Assembly: GCA_036399275.1 (NCBI GenBank)
Contig: DASWNK010000010.1
Coordinates: 7,188 to 71,187 of the forward strand
Origin: Bacteroidia bacterium
GTDB taxonomy: Bacteria > Bacteroidota > Bacteroidia > 2-12-FULL-35-15
DNA: 64,000 nt
Direction: 5' to 3'
Part shown: piece by piece, positions 62,901 through 64,000 of the stretch
Layout: every line of letters begins with the position of its first letter
Position numbering within the stretch: position 1 is the stretch's first letter
Made by a program: the position numbers and the translations under genes
The notes under the pieces: model-generated
The model's database searches: none
Seen by the model: the letters and a program-made list of their open reading frames with translations, nothing else
What the model was told of the DNA's origin: nothing

Positions 62901-63259
62901 GTATTCAAGGTGGTAAACTGGATGCTAAAAAAGCAGAACGCAAATTAGCTGATGGCGACATCAAAACTGCTTGTCAGCAAGCATGCCCTACCAACGCGAT
63001 CATCTTCGGAGATTTAAATGACGAAGAAAGTGAAGTTTCCGTATTGAGAAAAGAGGACGAGCGTAACTACTTCCTGTTGGAAGAGCTGGGTGTTAAACCT
63101 ACTTTATCTTACTTAACAAAAGTAAGAAACGCAGAGGAGGCGATTGAAGCAGGAAATCACCCTGAAGCCGGCTATCTTCCTCAGGGAGGTCCAGAAGGGC
63201 ATGACGAAAAACCTCATGGACATTCGGAAGAACCTGTAAAAGAAAAAAGCACGCATTAA
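59924..63259 (+). CDS. actB: Alternative complex III subunit ActB (fused molybdopterin-like B1 + 4Fe-4S B2 domains), Tat-exported
   Basis: Tat motif NRRDFLKFLGFSVTAAS. The protein is 1111 aa. Ferredoxin-type clusters CIGCGACVVGC, CQHCNHAPC and CANNCPY are present in the C-terminal half. Confidence 0.85.
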   Translation: MATKKYWKGLEELNNSPEFVQKSQGEFAEQVPVESFLGDKGLTDNNGTNRRDFLKFLGFSVTAASLAACETPVNKAIPYVVKPEEITPGVANWYASTFHDGSDYAAIIVKTREGRPIKIEGNNLSKVTMGGTSARVQAAILSLYDSSRLTGPVTRSGDTWTPATWSTVDKEIGAKLAAIAAKGDAIRILSSTIISPSTKAVIADFAAKYPNTKLVTYDAVSYSGIAKANAQTFGQEVIPSYHFENADVIVSIAADFLGNWLAPIESANQYGKTRKVGKNKLKMSKHIQFESNLSLTGANADERVPVKVSEHGKVAVNLYNAVAKIVGGSSLPSSALACDAQIAKAAKELAEAKGKSVVVAGSNDMHVQMVVNGINQMLDNYGKTIDIENPSYLHQGDDAAFAELVAEMASGKVAALITYNTNPVYTAPAALKFAEAYNKVGLKISFADRADETASLANYICPDHNFLESWNDYNPKKAHFSLGQPTITPLFAAQNSGTRQAQETLMAWSGNNSDYHSYIQKVWAERVYPMQGKYMMFPEFWNNSLHDGAIEVGKGGDMAAMPAMDSVKVAPVAIKAEAKKEEKPEEVKAVAKVDLGEAAQKINAVKGGTVELAIYEKVGIGNGNQANNPWLQELPDPITKITWDNYVTMSPEDMKAKNYNLMERQDRIASVVNVTVNGLTVKLPVVPQPGQAPGTVGIAVGYGRDKAGKLSTQTGNVIGVNAFPFVQLVNGTMAYEVLNVAVESANETTEIAGTQIHHTMMGREIVKETILSEYQKDQKSGNHPEMMVTHSGKVKAASVDLWNEHDKPVNRWGMTIDLNSCIGCGACVVGCTVENNVAVVGKQMVMQTREMHWLRIDRYYSSEMTREAAKDTGVIEMYLEMENPAVANPKVVFQPMLCQHCNHAPCETVCPVIATNHTSDGLNSMTYNRCVGTRYCANNCPYKVRRFNWFNYNENSDFTFNPTQDDLGRMVLNPDVVVRSRGVMEKCSMCVQRIQGGKLDAKKAERKLADGDIKTACQQACPTNAIIFGDLNDEESEVSVLRKEDERNYFLLEELGVKPTLSYLTKVRNAEEAIEAGNHPEAGYLPQGGPEGHDEKPHGHSEEPVKEKSTH

Positions 63260-63324
63260 AAACCAATTGAATAATCAAGATTCTTCAATTGAACTTAATA
63301 ATATAAAAATAAGAATAATATCAT

Positions 63325-64000
63325 ATGCAGCACGAATCAGAAATTAGAGAGCCGTTAATTCTTGGTAACAAATCATATCATCAGATCACCGAAGATATTG
63401 TGAAGCCAATTGAGGGCAAGGCTAACAAGTATTGGTACATCCTACTGACGATTTCCATTATTTGCTTTATGTGGGGTATCGGATGTTTAGCATACACAAT
63501 TGGTACCGGGATCGGAGTTTGGGGATCCAACAATGGTGTTGACTGGGCTTGGGATATCACTAACTTCGTTTGGTGGATCGGTATCGGTCACGCTGGTACA
63601 TTGATCTCTGCGGTATTGTTACTGTTCCGTCAGAAGTGGCGTATGGCGATCAACCGTTCAGCAGAAGCAATGACCATCTTTGCCGTAATGTGTGCTGCTA
63701 TCTTCGTGTTATTACACACTGGTCGCCCATGGTTAGATTATTGGTTGTTTCCATTGCCGAATCAATTCGGATCTCTTTGGGTGAATTTTAACTCCCCGTT
63801 ATTATGGGACGTTTTTGCGGTATCTACTTATTTCTCTATCTCTTTAGTATTCTGGTATACCGGTTTGGTTCCTGACTTTGCAATGGTTCGCGACAGAGCG
63901 GTGAAGCCATTCGCTAAAAAAATGTACAGCATCCTGAGTTTCGGATGGGGCGGAAGCGCTCGTCACTGGAGCCGTTTCGAAGAAGTATCTTTAGTACTTG
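63325..64000 (+). CDS. actC: Alternative complex III subunit ActC (NrfD/PsrC-like quinol-interacting membrane subunit), partial with 3' end outside the window
   Basis: Open frame from ATG 63325 to the window end. Encodes TM helices with the NrfD-family pattern WDITNFVWWIGIGHAGTLISAVLLLF. Not listed in the ORF track because it is incomplete. Confidence 0.8.
   Translation, partial: MQHESEIREPLILGNKSYHQITEDIVKPIEGKANKYWYILLTISIICFMWGIGCLAYTIGTGIGVWGSNNGVDWAWDITNFVWWIGIGHAGTLISAVLLLFRQKWRMAINRSAEAMTIFAVMCAAIFVLLHTGRPWLDYWLFPLPNQFGSLWVNFNSPLLWDVFAVSTYFSISLVFWYTGLVPDFAMVRDRAVKPFAKKMYSILSFGWGGSARHWSRFEEVSLVL

Noticed and set aside
63570-63791. 73-aa ORF listed in the track near the window end
   Set aside because: It is out of frame within actC, whose frame is open from 63325 to the window end.
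1-64000. CRISPR arrays, tRNA/rRNA genes, transposases/integrases
   Set aside because: No regularly spaced short direct repeats with unique spacers were seen. No intergenic region shows tRNA cloverleaf hallmarks. No ORF has transposase or integrase motifs. The scan was by eye and is not exhaustive.

Overview
This 64 kb window is a chromosomal segment from a Bacteroidota genome, probably a Sphingobacteriia/Chitinophagia-type gliding bacterium. The evidence is many T9SS C-terminal sorting domains, a PorP/SprF gene, SprB repeats, Bacteroidetes-style TAnnTTTG promoter elements and an alternative complex III operon. Housekeeping genes are interleaved with cell-surface and T9SS accessory content. 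The housekeeping genes are an NPP-family phosphatase, hrpB, a GT2 glycosyltransferase, an M16 peptidase pair, glyQS, nrdB-nrdA, rlmF, mltF, xthA, rimP-nusA-infB and actA-actB-actC (actC partial). The accessory content comprises an ECF sigma/anti-sigma pair upstream of a PorP/SprF-family gene, a PorE-like TPR/OmpA protein, a 1921-aa RCC1+SprB-repeat T9SS adhesin, and at least four further T9SS-CTD proteins. It also includes a secreted collagen-like protein whose C-terminal domain looks like a type-1 copper cupredoxin, and an ORF6N/KilA-N gene beside an orphaned T9SS CTD remnant. Numerous rho-independent terminators sit at convergent gene junctions. No rRNA, tRNA, CRISPR array, transposase or integrase was recognised. 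The most interesting signals are a shared CAGGCAACC-N15-CGTCT motif upstream of both the ECF sigma gene and the PorP/SprF gene, the collagen-cupredoxin fusion, the triple RCC1-propeller adhesin, and the CTD pseudogene with its own terminator next to an ORF6N insertion.
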